Shown one piece after another: positions 1 through 7,520 of a stretch of DNA of 64,000 nucleotides. The translations under genes and the position numbers were made by a program. The DNA lies in IMG/VR virus record IMGVR_UViG_3300042482_000702, positions 258,478 through 322,477 of that record; one strand, 5' to 3'. Each line of letters begins with the position of its first letter. The first letter of the stretch is position 1. The notes below the pieces were generated by a model. That model ran no database searches. It saw only the letters and a program-made list of their open reading frames with translations, and had not been told where the DNA came from.

Positions 1-2
1 AT

Positions 3-140
3 TTTGTATCTGAAGAGATTATAAAAGGAAATGTTGTAGAAAACACTCCATACACAATCACCTCTGTTGATAAGGAAATTAAATTTCAAGAGGTTGTTGA
101 AGTTGTGAAAAAGACAAGAAAGAAAAAGGGGGATTTATAA
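3..140 (+). CDS. 3' end of a gene entering the window; possibly C-terminus of a ClpA/B/C-type AAA+ ATPase
   Basis: Open frame FVSEEIIKGNVVENTPYTITSVDKEIKFQEVVEVVKKTRKKKGDL* followed by a terminator; EEIIKGN resembles the Clp D2-small tail; only 45 aa visible. Confidence 0.35.
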   Translation, partial: FVSEEIIKGNVVENTPYTITSVDKEIKFQEVVEVVKKTRKKKGDL

Positions 141-165
141 TCCCCTCTTTAAATACCAAAAAAAT

Positions 166-191
166 AACCCCACCTTTCGGAGGGGTTTTTT
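166..191. terminator. Bidirectional intrinsic terminator
   Basis: AACCCC-ACC-TTTCG-GAGGGGTT hairpin with A-tract before and T-tract after, between convergent genes. Confidence 0.8.
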
Positions 192-193
192 AT

Positions 194-697
194 TTAATTT
201 TTGTCATTTGAATTATTCTCACCATATTTATCTATAATTTGTTCAACACGATGATAAGACTTTCTTCCCATATTAAATTTGATTGTTTTGTTACTCCCAT
301 CGTTAATTCTGTAAGATAAATCAACATTACCATCACTGTCAATTGTTATATTAACAGGTAATTTAATATTATCACGATGTTTAAAAATGTGAGACCTATT
401 TCCATCAATATGTAAATCAATACTGTTATCAATTTTTTCATACGATAATTTATAATCATTGGGATTAGTTTCAAATTCTCTGAACATTTTTTTGAACACC
501 GTTTTATCATCAAGTTTTAATCCAGACATTAATATGGATTCAAGTATTTGACGACCAAACAATTTCATAAATATATGTACACCTAATGTCATTAATAAAA
601 ATTCCCCAAAATTTTCATTTATGGTTTTTTTTCCTGTGTGCATCTCAAGGATTCTACTTTTTTCTTCTTGAGAAATATTATTAAATAAATTTTTCAT
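194..697 (-). CDS. Hypothetical protein with N-terminal EEKxRILEMH-type tag
   Basis: 167-aa ORF; N-terminus MKNLFNNISQEEKSRILEMH resembles those of 42313-42945 and 46870-47505; TATTTAT motif at 711-717. Confidence 0.75.
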   Translation of the reverse strand: MKNLFNNISQEEKSRILEMHTGKKTINENFGEFLLMTLGVHIFMKLFGRQILESILMSGLKLDDKTVFKKMFREFETNPNDYKLSYEKIDNSIDLHIDGNRSHIFKHRDNIKLPVNITIDSDGNVDLSYRINDGSNKTIKFNMGRKSYHRVEQIIDKYGENNSNDKN

Positions 698-746
698 ATT
701 AATTTTTATTATAAATATATTACAAAAAAAAAGAGACCGAAGTCTC

Positions 747-1568
747 TTAAAATTTATAAAAATATTTTGAATCCGTTTTGTATAAATATTTTTTATACCC
801 CAAATCCTGAATCATCTTTTTACCGGTCTCTATTCCATTATAAACATCCTCAACAACCACATACTCATTTCTTGTGTGATAGTCGTAATAACCTATCGCA
901 AAATTGATACAGGAGAAGTCAAATAAGTTCTTCAGAGCATAAACATCAGTATATGGGTTTGAAAAGTATTCTTGTTCACCCTTAAAGTTTTCTGTTAAGA
1001 CATTATCACATGTCTTAAAAAAATCACTCTCTCGGTCAAACAATTGTGTTCCCATACAAAATTCTGTAACCATTCTGTTTCCCGGAGCATCAAATTGAAT
1101 TCCGTATCCTACATTTATAAAAAAATTGGGGTCAGCCTTTTTGGACCCGTGACATCCGGTTTCTTCAGATACAAAGAAAGCCGCCTTTAGATTTGGCAAT
1201 TCTTTTAATAATTCCAAACAAGCATAAACACCACATTTATCATCACCACCAATACCGGTTGGATTTCCAAAATCGTTATAAGCCTTTAACGCTGGTTTGA
1301 GTTCATATTGATTGTTCTGTAACATTTCCTCACGAATATTTATCGTGTCTATGTTATGAACCGTATCTGTATGAGCAATTACACAGGGAAAATAATCGAT
1401 AAATTCGTCTGTTTGTTTTATAGCGTAGATATTTTTATGTTCATCCACATTGAAGGGAATCCCATTTTCCTCTAACCAGTTGATTAGAAAATCTACCATT
1501 CTGTCCTCTTGATATGTTTTTGTCGGAACCGACAATACATCTTTTAATAATTGATAATTTCTTTCCAT
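747..1568 (-). CDS. Zinc peptidase, M20/M28 clan
   Basis: Motifs HTDTVH, GGDDKCG, SEETGCHGS and YHT match co-catalytic Zn aminopeptidase ligands. Confidence 0.8.
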   Translation of the reverse strand: MERNYQLLKDVLSVPTKTYQEDRMVDFLINWLEENGIPFNVDEHKNIYAIKQTDEFIDYFPCVIAHTDTVHNIDTINIREEMLQNNQYELKPALKAYNDFGNPTGIGGDDKCGVYACLELLKELPNLKAAFFVSEETGCHGSKKADPNFFINVGYGIQFDAPGNRMVTEFCMGTQLFDRESDFFKTCDNVLTENFKGEQEYFSNPYTDVYALKNLFDFSCINFAIGYYDYHTRNEYVVVEDVYNGIETGKKMIQDLGYKKYLYKTDSKYFYKF

Positions 1569-1572
1569 AGCA

Positions 1573-1580
1573 CAAATATA
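1573..1580 (-). promoter_or_regulatory. Bacteroidota-type -7 promoter element
   Basis: TATATTTG (TAnnTTTG) just upstream of the peptidase start. Confidence 0.6.
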
Positions 1581-1609
1581 AGGAAAATAATTAACATAAA
1601 AACATTATT

Positions 1610-2977
1610 TTAATTTATTCTAACAAAACCCTCAAATAATTCAGGTGAAACTAAAAAGTTATTAAATTCTTCTTCGGTATAACTTCTACGAGCAACACCA
1701 TTTTTAGTGAAAACATCCATATGTATTCTATTTGTTGCCGGGTCAATTTCTCTAATAAAAAATTCTCTACCATACGAAGTCTTACTTCTAGTGTTAGTCG
1801 GGTATTTAGATATAACTCTATCGTAGATATCTGAGTATTCTAAAATATCAACATACTTATCGGATTGTTCTAATTCCTCAAGTATTTCATCTAATTCTTC
1901 CCCTATAACAAGATTAAGTCGCTCATCATCAAAATCGTTACATTGTATTTCATATCTATATTCATCCCACCCACCAGTGTTAAATGTGTGTCCAATATCT
2001 GTTAAAACACCCTTAATGTCTTTAGTGGGGTCTTGACTAATCTTAAACATTGATAATAAAAGACCAACAGTGGTATAATAAGTTCTAAAACAATCTATAT
2101 TGATTAACCCATAATTTTGAAAAATTTCACAAATTTCATCGTTAATTTGTTTTTTAGCCTCATCGTGACGACAATTATTTTCAAGGTCTACATACTCTTC
2201 TAACATACTTTCAATTTTACCCGCAAACATATCCGACAATTTTTCAGCAGCCTTTTCTTTCTTTTCATCATCGTCTAAAGAAATTAAATCAGGTGAAATA
2301 TATTTTAAAATTTGTTTTAATTTACCCTTATTTTCATCTGAAAACCAACCGAAAAAATACCCCCCATTCCAATCATCAACCGCTGTTTCATAATCAATAT
2401 AATCATATCCATTATCATAATACGAAAATAAACTACTAACATAATAAACATCATCTTCTTCAACCTCAAATAATTTAACATAATCTTCTATATCATCAAA
2501 ATGTAATTTGATTGTACTTTTACCCGGATTTTTTTCGTTGTAATTAAATTTATAAATTAAATTGTCAGCACGTTCCATTTCATTAGATGATACCTGTTCA
2601 CCATTCTTAATCTTAACTAACAAGTCATAAATTGGACTATAACCAATTATGGGTTCAAGTTCTGATTTAACATCATTAGGTAATTCGTGGAATAATTCAT
2701 TTCTAGTTATGACTCTATTTCTCATAACCTCACTACCAATATATTCTATCTTATGGTCGGTATCATTTCTAAAAATAGTGTATGTCTGAATCGGTTCTTT
2801 ATCCTTATCAATAACAAAATAAACATCACCATCCCTAAATTTATTAGTCCATTCTGGTTTAAGTTTTTCCGGTGCAAAATATTCAAACGCCAAACCTGTC
2901 ATTGGCTCAACTATCATCCAATCTTCAGTGTTTAATATAGTTTGACTTTGCTCGTAAGCGTCGTTTTTAGTGGGCAT
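1610..2977 (-). CDS. Hypothetical acidic protein
   Basis: 455-aa ORF, no family recognised; TATTTAT motif at 2995-3001. Confidence 0.75.
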   Translation of the reverse strand: MPTKNDAYEQSQTILNTEDWMIVEPMTGLAFEYFAPEKLKPEWTNKFRDGDVYFVIDKDKEPIQTYTIFRNDTDHKIEYIGSEVMRNRVITRNELFHELPNDVKSELEPIIGYSPIYDLLVKIKNGEQVSSNEMERADNLIYKFNYNEKNPGKSTIKLHFDDIEDYVKLFEVEEDDVYYVSSLFSYYDNGYDYIDYETAVDDWNGGYFFGWFSDENKGKLKQILKYISPDLISLDDDEKKEKAAEKLSDMFAGKIESMLEEYVDLENNCRHDEAKKQINDEICEIFQNYGLINIDCFRTYYTTVGLLLSMFKISQDPTKDIKGVLTDIGHTFNTGGWDEYRYEIQCNDFDDERLNLVIGEELDEILEELEQSDKYVDILEYSDIYDRVISKYPTNTRSKTSYGREFFIREIDPATNRIHMDVFTKNGVARRSYTEEEFNNFLVSPELFEGFVRIN

Positions 2978-3032
2978 AGATATTTATTTTAATAATAAAT
3001 ATATTTTTATTTGGAATTATCTAAAAATGTAT

Positions 3033-3040
3033 TATCTTTG
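3033..3040 (+). promoter_or_regulatory. Bacteroidota-type -7 promoter for tmRNA
   Basis: TATCTTTG ending 15 nt before the tmRNA 5' end. Confidence 0.75.
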
Positions 3041-3054
3041 TAGAGTTAAAATAT

Positions 3055-3463
3055 GGGAGTGACACGGAATTGACTATTCGTAATAGTTATTCGGGGCACG
3101 TAGTGAGATGTTCTCTATCACTTAAATCTATGGGTACAACAATTTAGACGGAAACGTTTTAAACAAAATGGCTCTAGTAGGTCTTGTACGTCAAGATGAG
3201 CTTGTGAACGTAGCGTAAGCAAACACACATTGGGGTCGACGGATATGTGTACCTAGCAACAGAAATATCTTAAGGTGTGATACCACCCGAAGAGTGTCAA
3301 GGTCTCGTTTGAGGGTCTACCTATTAAAGTGAACCTCCCACAGTTGTAGGTAATGATGGAAAAATTAGAACCTTCTATTTGTCAGTTGAGAATTAACTGA
3401 ATAAACGTGTAGTCCTTAATAGGTAATACAAATAACACTTGGGTTCGAGTCCCAACACTTCCA
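3055..3463 (+). ncRNA. ssrA: tmRNA
   Basis: 5' GGGAGTG pairs with 3' CACTTCC-A including G3.U70; T-arm TTGGG-TTCGAGT-CCCAA; resume context ATTTAGAC|GGA; tag frame 3150-3218 GNVLNKMALVGLVRQDELVNVA*; smpB nearby. Confidence 0.92.
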
Positions 3464-3492
3464 CGTCCACTGGAGAGTCCCAACACCTCCAC
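3447..3492 (+). repeat. Direct repeat of the tmRNA 3' end
   Basis: GAGTCCCAACACTTCCAC (3447-3464) and GAGTCCCAACACCTCCAC (3475-3492), 17/18 identical. Confidence 0.85.
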
Positions 3493-3496
3493 ACAA

Positions 3497-3524
3497 AAAA
3501 GAGACCTAAATGGTCTCTTTTTTT
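3497..3524 (+). terminator. Intrinsic terminator after tmRNA
   Basis: AAAAGAGACC-TAAAT-GGTCTCTTTT followed by T-run. Confidence 0.85.
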
Positions 3525-3564
3525 ATTGATAATCACCAATAAAAAAACCACCCGAAGGTGGCTT

Positions 3565-3994
3565 ATTATCAGTTCAAATGTTTATTTTTTAATCTTTTAA
3601 TACTTGTTTATCCCCAACCGGAGATGTGAATTTGGATGTTAATTTATCTAATCTTGAATCAAAATTTCTATATACATCACTAAACATTTTATCTACGTCA
3701 TCCATTCTTTTGTTGGTGTACATATTTGTTTCAGTATATAATCTATCAACCCTATCAATCTCCCCATCAATACGACGGTTTAGAGAATCTCCACCACTAT
3801 TAATATCATTAAAGATATGTCCTTGAACTTGTTCTAATTGTTTGCATTTATTTTTTAATCTGTTAATCTGAATGCACATTATAACCATAACCACAACTCC
3901 CAGTACCCCGAGAACCAAACCTATACCCATAATGAACGATGTTAAATCTACCATAATTTCTGTTTTTTTATTTGTTTATTATTGAACTGATAAT
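3565..3994. repeat. 13-bp perfect inverted repeat enclosing one ORF
   Basis: ATTATCAGTTCAA (3565-3577) and TTGAACTGATAAT (3982-3994). Confidence 0.75.
3589..3954 (-). CDS. Membrane-anchored coiled-coil protein
   Basis: 121 aa; N-terminal hydrophobic helix then heptad-like region. Confidence 0.75.
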   Translation of the reverse strand: MVDLTSFIMGIGLVLGVLGVVVMVIMCIQINRLKNKCKQLEQVQGHIFNDINSGGDSLNRRIDGEIDRVDRLYTETNMYTNKRMDDVDKMFSDVYRNFDSRLDKLTSKFTSPVGDKQVLKD

Positions 3995-4015
3995 TAATTA
4001 TAATAAAAAAAGGGA

Positions 4016-4453
4016 CTATTTCAAGTCCCTTTTCATATCTCTTTCGATGTCCCGAGATTTGATGGTATCTCGTTTATCGTATGTTTTCTTCCCTTTGGCA
4101 AGAGCAATTTCCATTTTAATTAATCCGGTGTCGTTTATGAAGATACGATAAGGAACGATGGTTACACCATTGATTAACTCATTCTCCCACTTATTAAGTT
4201 CTTTTCGTTTGGCTAATAGTTTTCTATCCTTTACGGTCTCGTGGAAGGACCCAAACCCATAATCGGAGATATTCATCCCCTTTATAAATAACTCCCCCTC
4301 ATTGAAATAACAATACCCTTCAGAGATGGATACCTTTCCCTGACGAATGGACTTTACCTCTGAACCAACTAGTTTGATTCCCACAATTAATGTCTGTAGG
4401 AATGAATACTCAAACTTGGCTTTCTTATTGACTATGTTAATTGAATTTTTCAT
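4016..4453 (-). CDS. smpB: SsrA-binding protein SmpB
   Basis: NKKAKFEY, GIKLVGSEVKSIRQG, RKLL, TIVP, IALAKGKKTYDKR motifs. Confidence 0.95.
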   Translation of the reverse strand: MKNSINIVNKKAKFEYSFLQTLIVGIKLVGSEVKSIRQGKVSISEGYCYFNEGELFIKGMNISDYGFGSFHETVKDRKLLAKRKELNKWENELINGVTIVPYRIFINDTGLIKMEIALAKGKKTYDKRDTIKSRDIERDMKRDLK

Positions 4454-4457
4454 ACGA

Positions 4458-4465
4458 CAAAGATA
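4458..4465 (-). promoter_or_regulatory. Bacteroidota-type -7 promoter for smpB
   Basis: TATCTTTG immediately upstream of the start codon. Confidence 0.65.
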
Positions 4466-4499
4466 ATATAAAAATTGATATAAACAAAAAAAGGTGATA

Positions 4500-5400
4500 C
4501 AAATTAATGTACCACCTTTTTGGCTTAATACGATGAGAATACTCGTCTTATTGAGAATCTTCGGAAGGATTATTGTTTCCCTTCGTTTCCACCATCTTTT
4601 GAATGGTAACCCTCATTGCCGATTGGTTAGACCAATCACTCCTTGAGATATCATCTACTCTCTCATTATTCAACTCTCTTTAACCTTGCGAGCTAACTCC
4701 GGATTCGACTCCGTAGAGGTTTTTGGCGAGAATACATTCAGACTTGCGGTCATCCTGTGCAACGAACGGCTCGTTACTATGTAGGCAACTTGTCGACGAT
4801 ACCTGGTAAACATTTTTGCTATTGTCTATTTAGTTTTTCACCATATGAAAATAGTTAATGTGTTGTGGATGTATTCAGGAAGTAGTTTACCGTAAGCTCC
4901 CTAACCTTTTGGGTTAAAGAATACTAAACTTCCCGATGAGATATCCCTATCTCCAAATTTCAAGAATTCTTCAAATCAATATCTTGGTAGATATTTGATA
5001 GGGATAAAGTCAGCACCACCTGTTACTTAATCTTGCCTTTCGGCGTTAAGATTCCTTTTATTTTGGAACCCGCAATTATAAGGTCGGATAACCCTATTTC
5101 TTACTTGATTCCTATGGGTTCTTCTTATCTTGATTCCTCAATCAACCGGACAATCCACATTGCCAAGTTAGTATTCCATTTCCCTACGAAGTTATCCTCG
5201 GTACTACAGGACTACTAATATCCCACTTGCTTACTCGAGTTCGGTTTCCCAAACCACAAAATCACTAACACAAATGATTTCATTTTATCCCCGTTTCCGG
5301 GATTATTTAAAGATGATAAGCCACCTATTATCTTTGATACAACACCGAAGTGTTATAATGGATAATCTAAAATTTCTAAGAACGTCTTTAAGGTTTCCCT
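4500..5400 (-). ncRNA. Large structured RNA, GOLLD-like
   Basis: ~900 nt with no credible ORF and higher GC than flanks; own TACCTTTG promoter (5412-5419) and terminator (~4488-4520); many hairpins (GAC-CGCAA-GTC, CCCG-GAAA-CGGG); 3' part GCTCGCAAGG..GTTGAATAATGAGAGAGTAG..AAGGAGTG..CAAAAG..GTGGA..TATTCTCA resembles the GOLLD 3' domain as I recall it; next to tRNA genes. Confidence 0.65.
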
Positions 5401-5411
5401 TAATTGTTTTA

Positions 5412-5419
5412 CAAAGGTA
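5412..5419 (-). promoter_or_regulatory. Bacteroidota-type -7 promoter for the large ncRNA
   Basis: TACCTTTG. Confidence 0.7.
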
Positions 5420-5470
5420 AGTGATTTTTTTCTAAAGTCAAATATTTTTGTAATTTTTTTTTAAAAAATA

Positions 5471-5564
5471 AAATGTGTTGTGTAAGCTCTACCACTGCAG
5501 CTAAACCTTGGTCACCAGGATTACGGTTGTTGGAATCGAACCAACGACTCTACACGACACATTT
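5471..5564 (-). ncRNA. Circularly permuted tRNA-like RNA 1 (YrlA-like architecture)
   Basis: 14-position terminal helix AAATGTGTCGTGTA/TACACAACACATTT (one C.A mismatch) enclosing T-arm GTTGG-TTCGATT-CCAAC, a loop-capped AACC/GGTT stem, then D-arm TAGCTGCAGTGGTAGAGC. Confidence 0.75.
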
Positions 5565-5568
5565 ATAG

Positions 5569-5659
5569 TGGTATCAGATGGATTCGAACCACCGGCACAG
5601 GGTTTTTCAGAACCCTTGCTCTACCAAGGAAGATAAATCTCCCACTGAGCTATAATACC
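5569..5659 (-). tRNA. tRNA-Phe(GAA), atypical (D-loop hairpin insertion, 8-nt anticodon loop)
   Basis: GGTATTA/TGATACC acceptor; AGGGT-TCTGAAAA-ACCCT anticodon arm; GGTGG-TTCGAAT-CCATC T-arm. Confidence 0.7.
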
Positions 5660-5667
5660 ATATAAAA

Positions 5668-5750
5668 TAATGTGGGTGTATGCTCTACCATCTGAGCTAC
5701 GGATTTGAAACCGGAGGGATTTGAAACCTCGACACAACACCCACACCATT
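5668..5750 (-). ncRNA. Circularly permuted tRNA-like RNA 2 (YrlA-like architecture)
   Basis: Terminal helix GTGGGTGT/ACACCCAC enclosing T-arm GAGGT-TTCAAAT-CCCTC, capped stem CGG-TTTCAAAT-CCG, then canonical D-arm TAGCTCAGATGGTAGAGCA. Confidence 0.72.
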
Positions 5751-5775
5751 AATTCAATGAACTTATTTTCTTCTA

Positions 5776-5783
5776 CAAAGATA
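5776..5783 (-). promoter_or_regulatory. Bacteroidota-type -7 promoter for the permuted-RNA/tRNA-Phe transcript
   Basis: TATCTTTG followed by boxA-like AAGTTCATTGAATT. Confidence 0.7.
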
Positions 5784-5823
5784 ATACATTTATTTTAATC
5801 TGTCAAATCTTTTTTGATTTTTT

Positions 5824-6033
5824 TTAATTCATATTATCCAAGAACATTTCGGTAATCTCATCTTCCTCTTCATCTGTCCCTTCGGCTCCGTTATGCCACT
5901 CTATATTATCTACAGTATAATCGTCCCAAGTATCCCAAAACGCGTGAATTGTAAATTCTCTTCCATCCTCTGTTTGACCATCATAATCGTAATTTGCTGA
6001 AGTTAGAACTTCGCTTGAATAATTTATTTCCAT
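5824..6033 (-). CDS. Small acidic hypothetical protein
   Basis: 69-aa Asp/Glu-rich ORF. Confidence 0.65.
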   Translation of the reverse strand: MEINYSSEVLTSANYDYDGQTEDGREFTIHAFWDTWDDYTVDNIEWHNGAEGTDEEEDEITEMFLDNMN

Positions 6034-6053
6034 TTTTTCTTTTTTTTAATTAG

Positions 6054-6130
6054 TAGTCAGAACAGGATTCGAACCTGTGTACCCTCGTATGAGTTCGTCA
6101 TACCGTGCATCTCCAATGTGCTACCTGACT
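6054..6130 (-). tRNA. tRNA-like RNA with aberrant anticodon loop
   Basis: AGTCAGG/TCTGACT acceptor and ACAGG-TTCGAAT-CCTGT T-arm; loop ACGAACT lacks U33 and purine 37. Confidence 0.6.
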
Positions 6131-6278
6131 ATGTTTCGTTAATGTTAAAAACTGTTCAATCACTGTAAAAACACATCAACTTGGTACTTACTATCTCGGC
6201 TCCCCCATCCTAACTATATAGTTTACCTGAAACTTCAGCGGGTTGTTGATTGACCACTCCCACCTACTCAAGTAGTTT

Positions 6279-6533
6279 TTACACACTCATCATCCAACCC
6301 ATTCGGTTTTGAGATTGATACTCACTATAAGTACATCTTCTCATTGAGGAATAGTCGGGTCTCAACTTAACATGAGTCGGATATTTCTTCTCGTGTTCTT
6401 TACTCTCTCTCACCACCTTAGCGTAAGCTTCTCTTTTACTTGAAGCCCACACATCATTAAATCCACCACCTATCCAATTAAACAAATAAAGGTATTCACC
6501 GTTAACACTTCTATACAATTTCTCTTTAGCCAT
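6279..6533 (-). CDS. Hypothetical protein
   Basis: Probable start MAKEKLYRSV at 6533; TATCTTTG promoter at 6557-6564 overlaps the longer ORF call. Confidence 0.65.
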   Translation of the reverse strand: MAKEKLYRSVNGEYLYLFNWIGGGFNDVWASSKREAYAKVVRESKEHEKKYPTHVKLRPDYSSMRRCTYSEYQSQNRMGWMMSV

Positions 6534-6710
6534 AATGATTAGTTTTAAATCCGATACAAAGATAAGCATTAAATCCACACTTCCAAACTTTATTTCATTT
6601 TTTTTTAAAAAATTTTTTTACGATAACGATTCCGTGAATTTATTTACTATTTTTCTTGACATGACGATGATATTTATCTATAATTTTACAGAATTAAAAA
6701 ACAAACTATT

Positions 6711-6887
6711 ATGAAAAAGTTATTATTGGCGATTGTTATCGCAGGGTCTTTGTCTCTAACTTCTTGTTGGAAAGGTACAAAAAATGAAGAATCAACTACA
6801 GAAGTTGCAACTGATACCACACAAGTGGATTCAATACAGGTTGATTCAGTGGAAGTGGATACAGTAAAAGTAGATACTGTTAAGTAA
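6711..6887 (+). CDS. Small lipoprotein (not in ORF track)
   Basis: MKKLLLAIVIAGSLSLTSC|WKGTKNEESTTEVATDTTQVDSIQVDSVEVDTVKVDTVK*; lipobox LTSC; TATTTAT at 6671-6677. Confidence 0.8.
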   Translation: MKKLLLAIVIAGSLSLTSCWKGTKNEESTTEVATDTTQVDSIQVDSVEVDTVKVDTVK

Positions 6888-6907
6888 TCAAGGTTAATGG
6901 GACTAGT

Positions 6908-7447
6908 ATGGTAACAATTAACAATGACATATCATTTACTAAAGAATTTATAAATCAATTAGTCCCATTAATTCCAAAAGAAGTACATGAATTTTGGAAA
7001 CCAAATTATTCTAATACTGGTTTAGTTAGATTCGTTAACAACAAATTTGATGCAGTATATATCGCATCTCCTAGCATATATGGACAACATAACTTAATTA
7101 AGTTCAATGTTGTTAAAGATAAGTATATATTTGATTCTGTATATTCTCATTATGATGTTATTACTAAAAAGGATATTCATCCATGGGAACATAGATACGA
7201 TAAAGATTTAAATGTAATAGCAACATATAAATTTGCTGAATCTGAATATGAGGGGTTTTTATCTATACAATACAAAGATGGTAAAAAGTTAAAAGAATAT
7301 TTATATCAGACTGAATTATTTCAACCAGAAGTATTCAAAGACTTATGGAACACAAATACAATAACCACCAAGGTTAAAAATATTTACAATATTAATTGTT
7401 TAAGAATTAATGGAAATAAAGAAATTGGGTATTATTGGATTAGATAA
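6908..7447 (+). CDS. Hypothetical protein
   Basis: 179-aa ORF downstream of the lipoprotein, followed by a terminator. Confidence 0.6.
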   Translation: MVTINNDISFTKEFINQLVPLIPKEVHEFWKPNYSNTGLVRFVNNKFDAVYIASPSIYGQHNLIKFNVVKDKYIFDSVYSHYDVITKKDIHPWEHRYDKDLNVIATYKFAESEYEGFLSIQYKDGKKLKEYLYQTELFQPEVFKDLWNTNTITTKVKNIYNINCLRINGNKEIGYYWIR

Positions 7448-7492
7448 ATTTATAAAAAAATTCAGTAAATGTAGACACTATTAAGTAATCAG

Positions 7493-7520
7493 AAACCCCT
7501 CTTAACGGAGGGGTTTTTTT
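7493..7520. terminator. Bidirectional intrinsic terminator
   Basis: AACCCCTC-TTAACG-GAGGGGTT with T-run; near-identical hairpins at 22657-22686, 61519-61548 and 63421-63445. Confidence 0.85.

Noticed and set aside
711-717. T4-type late promoter TATAAATA read on the opposite strand
   Set aside because: The motif is consistently oriented as TATTTAT on the coding strand of the downstream gene, so a T4-orientation promoter would point away from the genes
4500-5400. RNase P RNA, rRNA or group I/II intron
   Set aside because: No GAGGAAAGTCC/P4 signature, no rRNA signature, not inside a gene; the 61-aa ORF 5033-5218 is treated as spurious
6180-6275. ncRNA downstream of ORF 6279-6533
   Set aside because: Only short hairpins (CTGAA/TTCAG and an AACTATATAGTT palindrome); no convincing closing helix
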